Below are positions 13,284 to 28,242 of a DNA stretch of 64,000 nucleotides, piece by piece (position 1 is the first letter of the stretch; each line of letters begins with the position of its first letter). This DNA comes from Eledone cirrhosa (lineage: Eukaryota): contig OZ024740.1 in the NCBI GenBank assembly GCA_964016885.1, forward strand, positions 14,198,001-14,262,000, given 5' to 3'. The position numbers and the translations under genes were made by a program. The notes beneath the pieces are model-generated. The model saw nothing but the letters and a program-made list of their open reading frames with translations. It was not told the DNA's origin and did no database searches.

Positions 13284-13451
13284 GGGTATATATATAATTA
13301 TATATTCGTGTACAGATATTTTTGCATACACAATATATAAACAAACTATAAACAAACGTATTTATTTCACGAGGCTCGATAAGGATAAATATATATCAAA
13401 TATATAAGAACCCTAGAGCAAATCCCGAGCAACGCCAGGCCATTCTGCTAG

Positions 13452-14835
<1,384 letters not shown>

Positions 14836-15444
14836 TATATATAAAAGGAAGTCGGTCTGTGTGTGTCTGTCTGTGTACAAATACTAGGCTCCTTTTAACT
14901 TTTGAAGTACCAGGCCGATTTCAACCAAATTTGGCAGACGTATTGCTTATATGCCAGAGCAGGTTTTGGACAAAGACAAATTTGAAAAGAAATCTATATT
15001 GGGGCCGAAAAATCGATTTTGTGTGTGTATATGTTTGTGTACAAATACTAGGCTCCTTTTAACTTTTGAAGTGCTAGGTCGATTTGCTTCAAGGAATGAT
15101 ATTTCTATGTCCAGTGGATGGTCAACGTGATAGTGGCAGCGCCATCTTACGCATAGGGTTTAGTCTACTGAAGGACATACGGTGCGTCTATTCCATCTTT
15201 ATCCCCTTACTCATACCTACTACAGCAAGGCCGGACCTGAAATCATTCACGTCAATTAACTCAAGCTACCCCATGAATTGTTTTTATGTTGCCATTTATT
15301 TAACTCAATCATGTCACTGTACACCCATTTTGTGAAACCTTTTTTTACAATTACATTTCAATTCTTTGCTCAACCTTTGGCTCTCTTTATACGGACAAAC
15401 AGGCTGTCATTCATTTCCCGAGTAACGCCGGGTACATCTGCTAG
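14836..15444 (+). mobile_element. Helitron-like element (copy D, different subfamily)
   Basis: Follows copy C directly and ends in the hairpin CCCG-AGTAACGC-CGGG then CTGCTAG|T. No clear 5' TC. Confidence 0.6.
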
Positions 15445-15558
15445 TATATATAAAGTTAGAGAGGAAAGCGACATCAGTGACGGAAGAAACAAGTAAAACA
15501 AGCACATAATGAAACTAATAACAACTTTATCTCCTCTGTCTCTCCCGTGTTTGTTTGT

Positions 15559-15682
<124 letters not shown>

Positions 15683-16044
15683 CAGAAATAGCCGTCGAAA
15701 TGGCCTGAGCTCTGCCGTCGGGGTCCTGAACCTTTTCCTATATATATATATACTATAAAGTATGTCTATAGAATCATTTGATAATATATATACACCATTT
15801 CCTCTCCCAATTAGCATAATCAACCACACAAAAAATCAATTAAACCAGGCTATAAGATTAAAAGGCACCTATGAAGAAATAGTAGATAAATAAACGACAG
15901 CAATTTATTCGCGATCAACCGCTATACAATATTTACCCAACATTTCAATAGCACGTGGAAATCGATTAAATATACCGTCAACCATACACAATTAGGTATA
16001 AAATTACTTAGAAGAAAAAATGCATATACACATACCAGGATTAC

Positions 16045-16125
16045 GTTTCTATCCTTAGGGTTTCGTTCGCTTTCGGAAATATCCTATCAAGGATAAATTC
16101 TCGAGCTTCGAACTCATCAGGAAAC
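16045..16125 (-). ncRNA. Type I hammerhead ribozyme in a solo pLTR remnant
   Basis: Minus strand: GUUUC-CUGAUGA-GUUCG...CGAAC-GAA-ACCCUAAGGAU-A-GAAAC. One mismatch in stem III. Confidence 0.75.
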
Positions 16126-16173
16126 AAACTCACTTGGACAAGGATTTCTCTTAAATGATCCCCGCCAGAAACG

Positions 16174-16221
<48 letters not shown>

Positions 16222-16225
<4 letters not shown>

Positions 16226-16380
16226 ACAGGTACACATGTTGTTGAAGTGTGTTTTACTCCGTCAATACATCGATATGTCCAGCTCCTGGGTATGTTGTTA
16301 TTCCTACGAGGAACTGGGATCATATAATAAAGGAAGCCAAATTTTACATATTTGACTTAATTATTTTATATATATATATA
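16222..16380. repeat. Dispersed repeat, inverted copy of 23085-23240
   Basis: Near-identical reverse complement. The ORF track shows the same peptide at 16249(+) and 23213(-). Confidence 0.9.
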
Positions 16381-16383
16381 CAT

Positions 16384-16437
<54 letters not shown>

Positions 16438-16602
16438 ATTAGAATTGGCGCTCTGAAATAGCGATATATATATGAATGTATATATAGTGTATTTTGCAAT
16501 ACACTGTATGCTTAATTAAAAGCATTTCGAAGACCTTACGCTATTGTTTTAGAGTAGTGACAGTCTCACTTACTTTAAATTTTCAGTAAACAGGGGAGAT
16601 AA

Positions 16603-16647
16603 AGCTGACAGAGCTGTGTTTCGTACTGATTGGTACTTATCAAAGCC
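16603..16647 (-). ncRNA. Hammerhead ribozyme, U3-A8 core variant (left arm)
   Basis: GGCU-UUGAUAA-GUAC-CAAUCA-GUAC-GAA-ACA-CAGCUC-UGU-C-AGCU. Confidence 0.65.
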
Positions 16648-16681
16648 AAGTACTCCACCAGTTTAAACAGGTGGAGTACTT

Positions 16682-16726
16682 GGCTTTGATAAGTACCAAT
16701 CAGTACGAAACATAGCTCTGTCAGCT
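16682..16726 (+). ncRNA. Hammerhead ribozyme, U3-A8 core variant (right arm)
   Basis: GGCU-UUGAUAA-GUAC-CAAUCA-GUAC-GAA-ACA-UAGCUC-UGU-C-AGCU. Confidence 0.65.
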
Positions 16727-16852
16727 TTATCTCCCCTGTTTACTGAAAATTTAAAGTAAGTGAGACTGTCACTACTCTAAAACAATAGCGTAAGGTCTTC
16801 GAAATGCTTTTAATTAAGCATACAGTGTATTGCAAAATACAGTATATATACA

Positions 16853-16939
<87 letters not shown>

Positions 16940-17308
16940 ATATATTAATAAAAGGAATTCCAACTTTGTCTGATTTACTCGTTTTATTTATAATCCTTTA
17001 AAATTAAAATGATATTATAATGAAATAGTATGGTAGAATATTAAATGTTAAATGTTGATTGAACAAGTACTTTCATGCTTTCGCAATCTTCAATGGTGAC
17101 AGTCAAGTTTGCAATTTTCAACTTGAAAAATTGCAATCTTGACTGTCACCACTGAATATGAACATGAAGATTGCAAAAGCATGAAAGTACTTGTTCAATC
17201 AACATTTAACATTTAATATTCTACCATACTATTTCATTATAATATCATTTTAATTTTAAAGGATTATAAATAAAACGAGTAAATCAGACAAAGTTGGAAT
17301 TCCTTTTA

Positions 17309-17315
<7 letters not shown>
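16940..17315. repeat. About 370-bp palindrome (second inverted pLTR pair) with degenerate minimal HHRs
   Basis: The arms are reverse-complementary around about 17122, with a short indel. The right arm at 17160-17196 reads GAAC-AUGAAGA-U-UGC-AAAA-GCA-U-GAA-A-GUAC-U-U-GUUC. Confidence 0.9.
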
Positions 17316-17391
<76 letters not shown>

Positions 17392-18725
17392 TTTTATTTT
17401 ATTTTATTTTATTTTTATCTAAACATTCCTCATGAAAAATTAAGCTACCCTAAAAGCTGATGCTCCAAATTTTTTGAATAAACCTTACACTAGATAAACT
17501 TCTATATTAAATATAAGAACATATGTAGACCTAATTGGACATCATAATCTTTTTGAAATGATCTTTGCTAGATGTGATTTGATAGATAATTTTTGGCTTT
17601 GTCTTGTAATGAACTTGGCAATATATTGTCAATTAACTTTGAAGGGTTGATCTTTGTGGTTTATTTTTATTTTTATTTTTATTTTTATTTTTTTATTTTT
17701 ATTATTGTAGTATTCTATAATATTTTTTATTTTTATTTTATTTTTAATATCTTTAATATGTAAATTTTTAATACGTAATATTTTTTAATACGTAGTATGT
17801 TTAATATATAATATTTTTATTATGTAATATTCTTTCGTAATATTTTTTTAATTTTCTATTCTATATTTTTACTTATTATTATTATTATTATCTTTTTATT
17901 TTTAGTTTTGTTTATGATATATATTTTTATTAGTATATTGAAATCTGCTCTCTATTTCTGCTTGATAGATAATCTTGTAGAGTAATGACAGGAATAATAA
18001 TACACATATTTGTATGCTCAAATTTTTATACCACATTGAGAATGTTTTCCGTGAACTTAGAGTTTGCAGAGTGAATCAGTTGGATTCGCATGGATGTTTG
18101 TAGCTGTCACATAAACATATGAATTTTTTAAAACTAAACATAAGATAATTAATTTTCACACATTATGGATACTTGTCTCATTCAGGAATACTGATATTTA
18201 CAATATAGTGTAAGTTTTATAAATACTAATACATTAAAACATAGGGTTTTTACGCCTCGAATATATCTGGCTATTTTTAAATTTTTTTCTCTCGCTATTT
18301 TTTTCCTCTCTCTATATTCTTTCTCTCTCTATATATCTCCCTTACATTAATACTTGAGCTAAATAAATAAATAAATAAATAAACGTATCATTGATACATT
18401 TACTCAAAATGACCTCCCACTACCTAATTTTCTCTATATATATGTATCTATCTCTATTTCCTCTCTCTCTATATATATATATCTCTTTCTGTTTCTTTAC
18501 ATGAAGTTCTTCGCTTTATCTATCTTTCCATCTCTCTATTTTGTTCCATGCATTTCCTCTTTCTCTTCTTTTTCTTCCTTTTCTTCGTTTTCTGTCTTTC
18601 TTTCTGTTTTCTCTCTTTCTTTCTCTCTGTGTAAAATTTTTTCACTGCCAGCTTAAACCTCTTCAAATGAAGTCGGTGTTATAACGGTATGTCGAATCTA
18701 TTTATCTATAAAACTGTTTATATTG

Positions 18726-18791
18726 TATTTTGTCTGATGAAGGCATAGCATATTGTTAATATGATATCCCCGAAATATATATAATGAAATA
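18726..18791 (+). ncRNA. Minimal type I hammerhead ribozyme (pLTR remnant)
   Basis: UAUUUUGU-CUGAUGA-AGG...CAUAUU/AAUAUG...CCC-GAA-AU-AUAU-AU-A-AUGAAAUA. Stem III is short with a palindromic loop, as is typical of PLE HHRs. Confidence 0.7.
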
Positions 18792-19480
18792 AATATGGTT
18801 TTATAAATATAGTTTTCCATTTATTTAATATTGTAAATATACTCCAAATATTTGTCGAGTGCTTTTATATCAGTTATAAATATTTACTAGTTGTAACCCA
18901 ACAATTTTAAATATAACTTTCCATATATATATATATATATATTAAGACAGGGGGGAAGAAAAAATGGCTTCACTTGTGCTTTCAACAAATTTATTTTCTT
19001 CACAAAATCCAAAAAGAATTTTTCTTAAAAAAAATTATTTTATAAATTAAGTTGTTGGTTGTTGGTTAGGTCTTAGGAGTTCTTGGTTAACGTAGGAGGT
19101 ATTGTTTCGTTTTTAGAAAGACGCTGAGGTGCGCTTGTCAAACTGATGTGTATGTGGTGTGTTGTTCTATATATAGGGATTTAACATGTCTGTGGTGTGG
19201 TGGGGGTTTCTTTTCTCCCCCTTTAATAAGTGCATGGGTGTAGGTGTGTTGAAAAAGTGTTCATAACAGTAATGAGTTGAGACGGTGAGTAGGGTTGGGC
19301 GGGGAGAAATGTAGCAAGTGCGGCCTGCCCCGGTCATTCTCGAAAAATTCCTTTATTCAGGGGAAAAACCTTTTAGTATTGCTTTTGTGTTGAGAATGGT
19401 CACAGGCAAATCGCACCTGTCAAGTTTGTGAATAATTATTTTTTTCTTTTTTTCCTGAAGAATTTTTCTACGTCCATCCC

Positions 19481-20331
19481 TGACACACACCAATACTTAA
19501 ATTTCCGGTCAGCACACCCCTCACATACGAAAAGGAACATTCCCTTCAACATGGCAAGGCGCATCTGCACTATAGCAACACACCCCGTACTACAAGAAAA
19601 AAGATTATGTGACCTGAAAAAATTCCTTAAAAAACAAGAATATCCGATGAAACTCATCAACGCAGCCATCTCCAAGGCTAAGAACATCCCAATAACAACA
19701 CTGAGAAAACCAAACCCACAACATAAAAAAGAAAACCCTGCTATCTCTTTTGTCATCACTCACAGCCCAGGGAACATCAACATTGTGAAAACTGCTAAGC
19801 AGTATATCCCGATTCTACAGCAATCTACCAAAATGAATGCACTCTTAAAAAATAATTTATAGCAGACGCCAAGCACCCAACCTTAAAAAACTAATTACCA
19901 AGGCAAAATTTACGACCAACATGGAATCAATGCAAGTGACGAAATGCGGGGACCCTAGATGTGGAACCTGTGAACTCATCGAAGCGGGCAAACAGTTGTC
20001 CTTCAAAAACCATGATAATTTCAAGGTCAATGCTAACATGAACTGCAAAACGAAAAACCTAATATATTGCGCAACATGTCCACAGTGTAAAGAGTATTAC
20101 ATTGGGGAAACGGGAACGGGATTACATGATAAAGTCCGGGTACATAAACAACAAATTAAAGACCCCACAGTCAGAAATACCACATGTAGCGCACACTTTG
20201 CATCATGCGGGAAGGGAAAATTCACAATCTTCCCTTTCTTCAAGATATGGTCGGATAACGAACATTTCCGCAGATATAAAGAAGAACTCTTCATTGAAAA
20301 ATTTAAACCACTACTGAACACGAAAAAATGA
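19481..20331 (+). pseudogene. PLE RT C-terminus plus GIY-YIG endonuclease, truncated and frameshifted near 19860
   Basis: DTHQYLNFRSAHPSHTKRNIPFNMARRICTI...QEYP, then in the next frame SRRQAPNLKKLI...CGDPRCGTC...NLIYCATCPQCKEYYIGETG. Confidence 0.9.
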
Positions 20332-20419
20332 ATTAACACTCGGAGGTAAAATTCCATTTCACTACCACACCCCTCTTCTTATGTATACACATGAATATCT
20401 GAGTAAACGGTGAGACACA

Positions 20420-20487
20420 CACATATATGTGTGTAGGGATGTATGGATGTATGTACGTGTGTGTATATATGTATGTGGGTGTGTGTA

Positions 20488-20518
<31 letters not shown>

Positions 20519-20579
20519 GTATGGATGTGTGTATGTTTGTATGTGTGTGTGTATATATATATATATATATGTGTATATG

Positions 20580-20610
<31 letters not shown>

Positions 20611-20669
20611 GTGTATGTGTGTATATATGTGTATATGTACATGTATGTATGTGTATGTTTGTATATGTA

Positions 20670-20724
<55 letters not shown>

Positions 20725-21155
20725 ATAGATAGATATGTATGTTTATGTGTGTGTGTATGTATGTGTATGTACCTATATATATGTGTGTGTGTGTGTATGT
20801 ATGTGCATATATGTATATATGTGTGTACATATGTGTATGTTTCTGTTTGTGTATATGTATGTATGTATGTAGATGTATGTGTATATATATGTATATATAT
20901 ATATGTATATATATGTGTATATATGTGTATGTGTATGTGTGTCTTTATGTACTCGTGTGTACGCACATATATATATATGTATATATGTATGTGTGTATGT
21001 ATGTGTGTGTATGTGTATATATATGTATATATATATATATGTATGTATATATGTATATATATGTATATATATATATGTATGTATGTATGTACATGTATGT
21101 GTATGTATGTATGTGTGTATGTATGTACTTGTATGTGTATGTGTATGTGTATGTA

Positions 21156-21202
<47 letters not shown>

Positions 21203-21810
21203 ATATGTATGTGTATATATATGTATATGGATATATATGTATGTGCATGTGTATGTGTATGTGTATATGTGTGTATGTGTCTGTATGTGTTTATGTGACT
21301 TTGGACATCCTGCAGGACTAAAAACAAAACCTGTCAAAGGGCAAAAGAGCTCTAAAGAGTCAATGGCCATCCAAAATCACCGGGAGAGATGACCCCTTAG
21401 CCTTTGTCAAGGCAGAATTCTAGGAGAAGGAAAACTCTGACATAACACCTGCAACCCTGATGGTATCCAATGATGTTGACTTGTTCTTCTTTTTGGTAAA
21501 TATCATCTTGGTTAAGAGAGTGGGACTGGCTTTGTGCAGTGCCTTTGCTCACTATAAAAGCTTCACGGCACAGGCATTGCTTTGTATCTGGAGATCTCTC
21601 TGCACTTGTCACATGGTACCATGGGCCCAGCACTATGTGTCAATCATTGTCACAAGTGTAGTGTTTGTACCAGAGTTTTCAAGTCGCTGGCTGGACTAAA
21701 AAGTCGCACTCGTTCAGCGCATCGGTAGGGGTTCTCCTACATGGATATAAAGTAGTGGCCGTACTCGAAAACGAGTTGGCAGCCACCATATATATATATA
21801 TATATATATG

Positions 21811-21861
<51 letters not shown>

Positions 21862-21966
21862 GTGTGTATACCTCTCTCTTTATATGTGTATATATATATA
21901 GATGTATGTGTATGTGTGTGTGTGTATGCATGTATGTGTGAACGGAGGGGTATATATACGGACATA

Positions 21967-22014
<48 letters not shown>

Positions 22015-22470
22015 CACGTGCGTGTGTGTGTGTGTGTGTGTATGTGTGCGTGTATGTATATATATGTATATTTAGTTATGTATCTTTATGTGTGTATATG
22101 TATGTATATGTATGTATGTATATGTATGTATATATGTATATATATATATATATATGTGTGTGTGTATATATATATATATGTGTGTGTATGTGTGTGTATG
22201 TGTATATGTATGTATATATATATATATATATATGTATATGTGTATGTATGTATATGTGTATATATATATATACCCATGTGGAGGTATGAGTTCATATTCG
22301 TGTGTGTACGTATGTGTATGTGTGTTTTTATATGTGTCTCTATATGTTTTTGTGTATGTATGTGGATGTATTTGTACATGGGTGTGTGATTGATAGTGTG
22401 TGCCTATATATTCCTACATATGCCCGTGTGTGTATGTACGTATATGCGCACATATATGTGTGTGTGTTGA
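20420..22470. repeat. Compound (TG)/(TA)/(TATG) microsatellite in the PLE 3' region
   Basis: Directly visible. Interrupted by the element at 21299-21789. Confidence 0.95.
21299..21789 (+). mobile_element. 5'-truncated copy 2 of the 1237-1823 element, nested in the PLE microsatellite
   Basis: Near identity to 1354-1823. Confidence 0.75.
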
Positions 22471-23255
22471 ACAAAGGACTAACTTTGGGATGGACGTAGA
22501 AAAATTCTTCAGGAAAAAAAGAAAAAAAGAATTATTCACAAACTTGACAGGTGCGATTTGCCTGTGACCATTCTCAACACAAAAGCAATACTAAAAGGTT
22601 TTTCCCCTGAATAAAGGAATTTTTCGAGAATGACCGGGGCAGGCCGCACTTGCTACATTTCTCCCCACCCAACCCTTCTCACCGTCTCAACTCATTACTG
22701 CTATGAACACTTTTTCAACACACCTACACCCATGCACTTATTAAAGGGGGAGAAAAGAAACCCCCACCACACCACAGACATGTTAAATCCCTATATATAG
22801 AACAACACACCACATACACATCAGTTTGACAAGCGCACCTCAGCGTCTTTCTAAAAACGAAACAATACCTCCTACGTTAACCAAGAACTCCTAAGACCTA
22901 ACCAACAACCAACAACTTAATTTATAAAATAATTTTTTTTAAGAAAAATTCTTTTTGGATTTTGTGAAGAAAATAAATTTGTTGAAAGCACAAGTGAAGC
23001 CATTTTTTCTTCACCCCTGTCTTAATATACCTAACTGTACCAAGGATTACACACATTTTCCAATATATATATATATATATGTATGTATATATATAAAATA
23101 ATTAAGTCAAATATGTAAAATTTGGCTTCCTTTATTATATGATCCCAGTTCCTCGGAGGAATAATAACACACTCAGGAGCTGGACATATCGATGTATTGA
23201 CGGAGTAAAACACACTTCAACAACATGTGTACCTGTCTTTTCCACACCAATTCGG

Positions 23256-23310
23256 ACTGCCTGAAGAGGTGACACCCAATGATGGCTGTCACCGAAATAT
23301 ATATACCAGT
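23256..23310 (+). ncRNA. Minimal type I hammerhead ribozyme in a pLTR remnant with a partial inverted copy
   Basis: ACUG-C-CUGAAGA-GGUGACA...UGUCACC-GAA-AU-AUAU-AU-A-C-CAGU. About 23095-23140 and 23322-23368 are inverted repeats. Confidence 0.8.
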
Positions 23311-23468
23311 AATTTTTAATTTATAATAAACGAAGCCAAATTTTACATATTTGACTTAATTATTTTACATTACTCAGTAGTAAACAAACCAACCTGCGTA
23401 CTTCGTCGAGTGCTCCAATCTGCATACTGAGGTGTCGGTAAACAACAAACATATACTCAAAATTTATG

Positions 23469-24062
<594 letters not shown>

Positions 24063-24266
24063 TATTCAGCCATGTAGAGCGAACTTTTCTTTTCTTTTAT
24101 ATATATATCACAGAAAAAAGAGAATCAGTGTTGCGACGAAAGGAATTTATTGGACATATTACAATTGTTTCTCGGGCGACCAGCTCGAGGCACGATCGAT
24201 GTGGTGATCAAACCTGACTCTGAAACCGCGCGGTTCTCGGATACGTCTTGATTCTACGAAGCAGAT

Positions 24267-24321
<55 letters not shown>

Positions 24322-24415
24322 TCATAATATATGAATATGTGTTTGTTTGTTATAGAAGATCCGCATAAGTTGAAACAATTGTTCTCGGTATGGTGAACTA
24401 ACTGTTGTGTTACTA

Positions 24416-24460
<45 letters not shown>

Positions 24461-24666
24461 GAAGTAGTAGTAGTAACACATGTTAGTAGAACAACTGTTT
24501 CATTTTATTCGGATCCTCAGCGCGGTCTGAATGGAGCTGATGATCCGACTAAGGTGAAACAATTGTTCTCGGTATGATGAACTAACTATTGTGGAACTAC
24601 TTCTACCAAACTCGTCTCATGCACTGAATGCTCTACTACTACGGATATAAGCCTCCAGCGTTCTAC

Positions 24667-24779
<113 letters not shown>

Positions 24780-25277
24780 TAAACGGAATAGAAAATGCTG
24801 ACAAATTGTTCACAGTTGAAAAATGGTTTAATTAGGAATAAAAGAGTATTAGTGATTGTATGGGTTAGTATTCAGTTGTGGTTTTAAGTTTTTAAGTTTT
24901 TACCGGTTGCGCATTTCTAAATGCTTTTCAAAAATAATTTTGAGATAGAGTGTCCGTGTTGTTTGCTCTGATCTGATTAGTTTTGGGAATTCTACCTGTT
25001 TTTATGTTAAAAAAGTGGCTCCAGCGTTATTTTTGTGTTGCAAAAATGCTTGTGGTCAAAACAATTTTGATTGGTCGGTAGAGGTCATGTGAATGTAAAA
25101 AGTTGATTTTGCGCCAAGACCGTTTTATGTTAAAATGTTAAAAAAGTGGCTCCAGCAAAAATTCTTGGTCAAAACAATTTTGATTGGTCGGTAGAGGTCA
25201 TGTGGATAAAAAATTGGTTTTGCGCCAAGATTGAGAAATGACTCTTTCACAACAAATATGTGTGTGTGTGTGTGTGT

Positions 25278-25339
<62 letters not shown>

Positions 25340-25405
25340 TAGTAGTAAGGTGTTCGATGCTGCGACAATGGCCAGCAGCGATGTGTGTCAAATGGCTATT
25401 AAGAT

Positions 25406-25458
<53 letters not shown>

Positions 25459-25916
25459 GCAGAGTCATTCGAAGGTCAAAAGATATTTCTCAGCTTTTGT
25501 CTTATACGGAGAAGTGCGTGTGTGTGTGTGTGTGTATAAGTCTCTTTGTATGTTGATGTACGCGTGTGTATGTGTTTGTGTATATATGTGTGGGTGGACC
25601 AGTATTTTTTCCCCCTGGTAAAATGGTGTACATTATTCGATTTTTTCAGTAAAATCGGTTCTCTTAATAGAACATCAAAAATCTTAACAATAAAAGGTGT
25701 GAAATGATATTCACTATATATATATACACACATACATATATTCACTACATATATATATATATATATACACATATATACATACATATATATGCACATATAT
25801 TTTTTTTATTGCACCATAGATCATGTGTGTTTACGTGTGTCATTGTGTTTATATGTGGGTAGAGATGTGTGCTGATGTAGGTATGTAAGTTGACGTGTGT
25901 ATGTTGTGGGTTCGTC

Positions 25917-28242
25917 TTAGGGAGAAGTGTTTAGACGGGGTCCGTATTTGTTAATGAAGTAAGATTCCTTGCTGATGCGCTGGGTGTGGGTGGCATTATC
26001 TTTAAATTTGTAGATGGGAAAGATTCTGAAGTTGGGATGATTTTGGGCGGCACAGGTATCAATGTGTTCACTCAGTGGTATTTTCCTGTATTCCCGTATT
26101 TTAATTTGGGATCTATGGACAGTCATGCGTTGGCGGAGGCTGTTTTTGGTCTGGCCTATGTATTGTTCTCGACAACCTGAACAAGTTAATACATATATTA
26201 GATTTTCCGATGCACATGTGAAATTGTGTTTTACTATAAAACGTTGTCCATCTTTGAAATAGAATTCCGAACCCTCTATTAGGTTGATGCAAATGCCACA
26301 GTTGGGTCTATCGCATTTTTTTTACTGTGGGTTTCGTTGTTGTGGTTGGCAGCACTTTGGCATGTGTTAGGATGTTTTTCATTGATTTAGATTGTCTTTT
26401 GCTCTTTATGATATCGTGTGTTCGTAGAATTTGGTTCATTCTATGGTCCTTTTTCAATACAGGGATGTTCTGGAGGATGGTGTCAAAGGCCTCATTGTTG
26501 AGGGGGTTGTGTGTGGAGATGTATGGAAGAGCTTTTAGTTTTGGTTGATTTACTTTAGGGTGTCTAAGGTCCTGGGTACTGAGTTTTAGGGCACGTTGGA
26601 TTCCATTGTCAATTAGTGATGCAGGGTAGTCCCTGCCTATGAGTGTGTCCTTTAGTTCTTGTAGCCGTAAGTAGCAGATGTTTTTATTGGAGACTATAGT
26701 ACAGATTCTCTTGGCTAAGTTGTAGGGAATATTAATTTTAACGTGTCTAGGGTGGCAAGAGTTGAAGGGGAGGTATTGCTTGGAGTCTGTGGGCTTGTAG
26801 TATATGTCTGTTTCTATTTTTTTGTTATGAATCTTAATGAGGATGTCGAGGAAGGGGAGTTGTTGATGGCTGTATTCCATCGTGATGTTAATATTTGTGT
26901 TGAGCCCATTTATAAGGGTGTGAAATTCTTTAAGTTTTTCGATGTTTTCGTGCCAAAGGATGAAGCAGTCATCTAGATATCGCTTCCAGTTCCTTTCAAT
27001 GTGTAAGTGGAGGGTGTTTCCAAATTTGTTTAGGACTTTAGTGTAGAGGGTGATTTCCAGGTATCCCATGACTAGGTTGGCATAAGTAGGGGCTGTTTTC
27101 GTTCCCATAGCGGTCCCATATTTCTGCCTGTAAGGTTTGTTATTGAAAACGAAGTAATTGTTCTCCAAGATAAATTTGAGTCCCTCTATCACGAATTCTT
27201 TTTTGATGCGTTGTGGGAGTTCATTGTGGAAATTATCCAGCCAGAATTGGATAGCTTCTATTCCTAGGTTGTGGGGGATGTTGGAGTATAGGTTGACTAC
27301 ATCGAACGTCACTAGTAGGGTTTGTTCAGAAAGTGGCATATTAGGGAGGTGGTTGAGCATATCTAGGTCGTCCCTTATATAGCTTTTGATGTGCTTGAGG
27401 AAGGGTTTGAGAAGGGTATCAATGAAGTTGCTAAGACGGTGCGTTTCGCAAGCGGGGCCTGCTATTATAGGTCTTAATTTGAGATCATTGGGTGAGGGGA
27501 CATTGATGACTATGTCTGTGGCTTCCTTGCATGCCTTACTGATTGATTCGCTTTTATGTACTTTAGGGATACCGTAGAAAAGGCTGGATTTACTTGTGAA
27601 GTCTGTGATGAAGCTGAATTCCTTGTTAGTGAGTCCTTCTTTGTATTGGTTGATTAGAGTTTTTAGGTTTCTCATAATTTTCTGTTGATTGTAGTGTTCA
27701 GCCTTTTCGTAGTATGTTTCGTTTTCCAAAGTGGAGAGCACTAAGTTGATATAGAATTCTGTCTCCATTAGGACTACTGTACTCCCTTTATCAGCCTCTT
27801 TAATTGTAATGGTTCTGTCGGTTTTTAATCTATTTAATTCTTCCCATTCTTTCTTGTTGAGGTTTGGCTTGTGTTTTTGTCTGTGCAAGTGTTGGTAAGG
27901 GAAGTTTGTGATGTGTTCACAGAATTCGTCCAGGATTTTATTTCTACCTTTTGAAGGGGTGTAATTGCTTCTATTTCTGGCTAATGATTCATCCTCATTG
28001 TACTGGTCGAATAGTTGTTCACTAAGTCGTAACTTTCTACAGAAGTCTGTGATGTCTTCCTTCATTTCATAGTAGTTAGGACGTAGTGGGGTCGGTGTGA
28101 ATTTAAGACCTTTGGAGAGTAAGTTGATAAGGTTGGGTGTTGGTTCTGCACTAGTAAGATTGATAATTTTTATTACTATCGGTTTCTCCTCCCTGTCTTG
28201 TGTTATTTTGTTTGCCTGTATCTGTGTGCTGTGTCTAAAAAA
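25917..28242 (-). CDS. PLE RT plus GIY-YIG endonuclease (Neptune-like), with one 1-nt frameshift in a T8 run at 26316-26323
   Basis: Upstream of the annotated Met the frame reads IINLTS...LLSKGLKFTPTP. Then ADKG, FYGIPKVHK, LRPII, FDVVNLYSNIPH, GTAMG, RYLDD, FLD and YYKPTD. After removing one A it continues KCDRPNCGIC...NLIYVLTCSGCREQYIGQT...RMTVH to the stop at 25917. Confidence 0.9.

Larger units (their letters stand above)
7251..13289 (-). mobile_element. Full-length Penelope-like retroelement (Naiad-like) with 73-bp direct terminal repeats, inserted in (TA)n
   Basis: Identical repeats at 7251-7323 and 13217-13289 each contain an HHR. There is an internal RT+GIY-YIG ORF, and an empty-site paralogue at about 14655-14690. 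Confidence 0.9.
6308..13451 (+). mobile_element. Non-autonomous Helitron-like element (copy B), interrupted by a SINE and by the Naiad-like PLE
   Basis: 5' TCTATATATATAAAACAGAGGATGTCTGTC at 6308. 3' CCCGAGCAACGCCAGG...CTGCTAG ends at 13451. The sequences flanking the PLE join to match 14620-14800 of copy C. Confidence 0.75.
16465..16864. repeat. About 400-bp near-perfect palindrome (inverted pLTR pair) centred on GTTTAAAC at 16661-16668
   Basis: The two 200-bp arms are reverse complements with about 3 mismatches. Flanked by (TA)n. Confidence 0.95.
18938..23029 (+). mobile_element. 5'-truncated Neptune-like PLE with an inverted 5' pLTR copy
   Basis: 18938-19480 is the reverse complement of 22487-23029 (about 540 bp). 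The internal RT-thumb/GIY-YIG fragment begins exactly at the inversion junction. Confidence 0.88.

Noticed and set aside
17420-18250. Possible ancient PLE or LINE coding remnant upstream of the 18726 HHR
   Set aside because: Only a short NIPHEKL-like match. It is too decayed to support a call.
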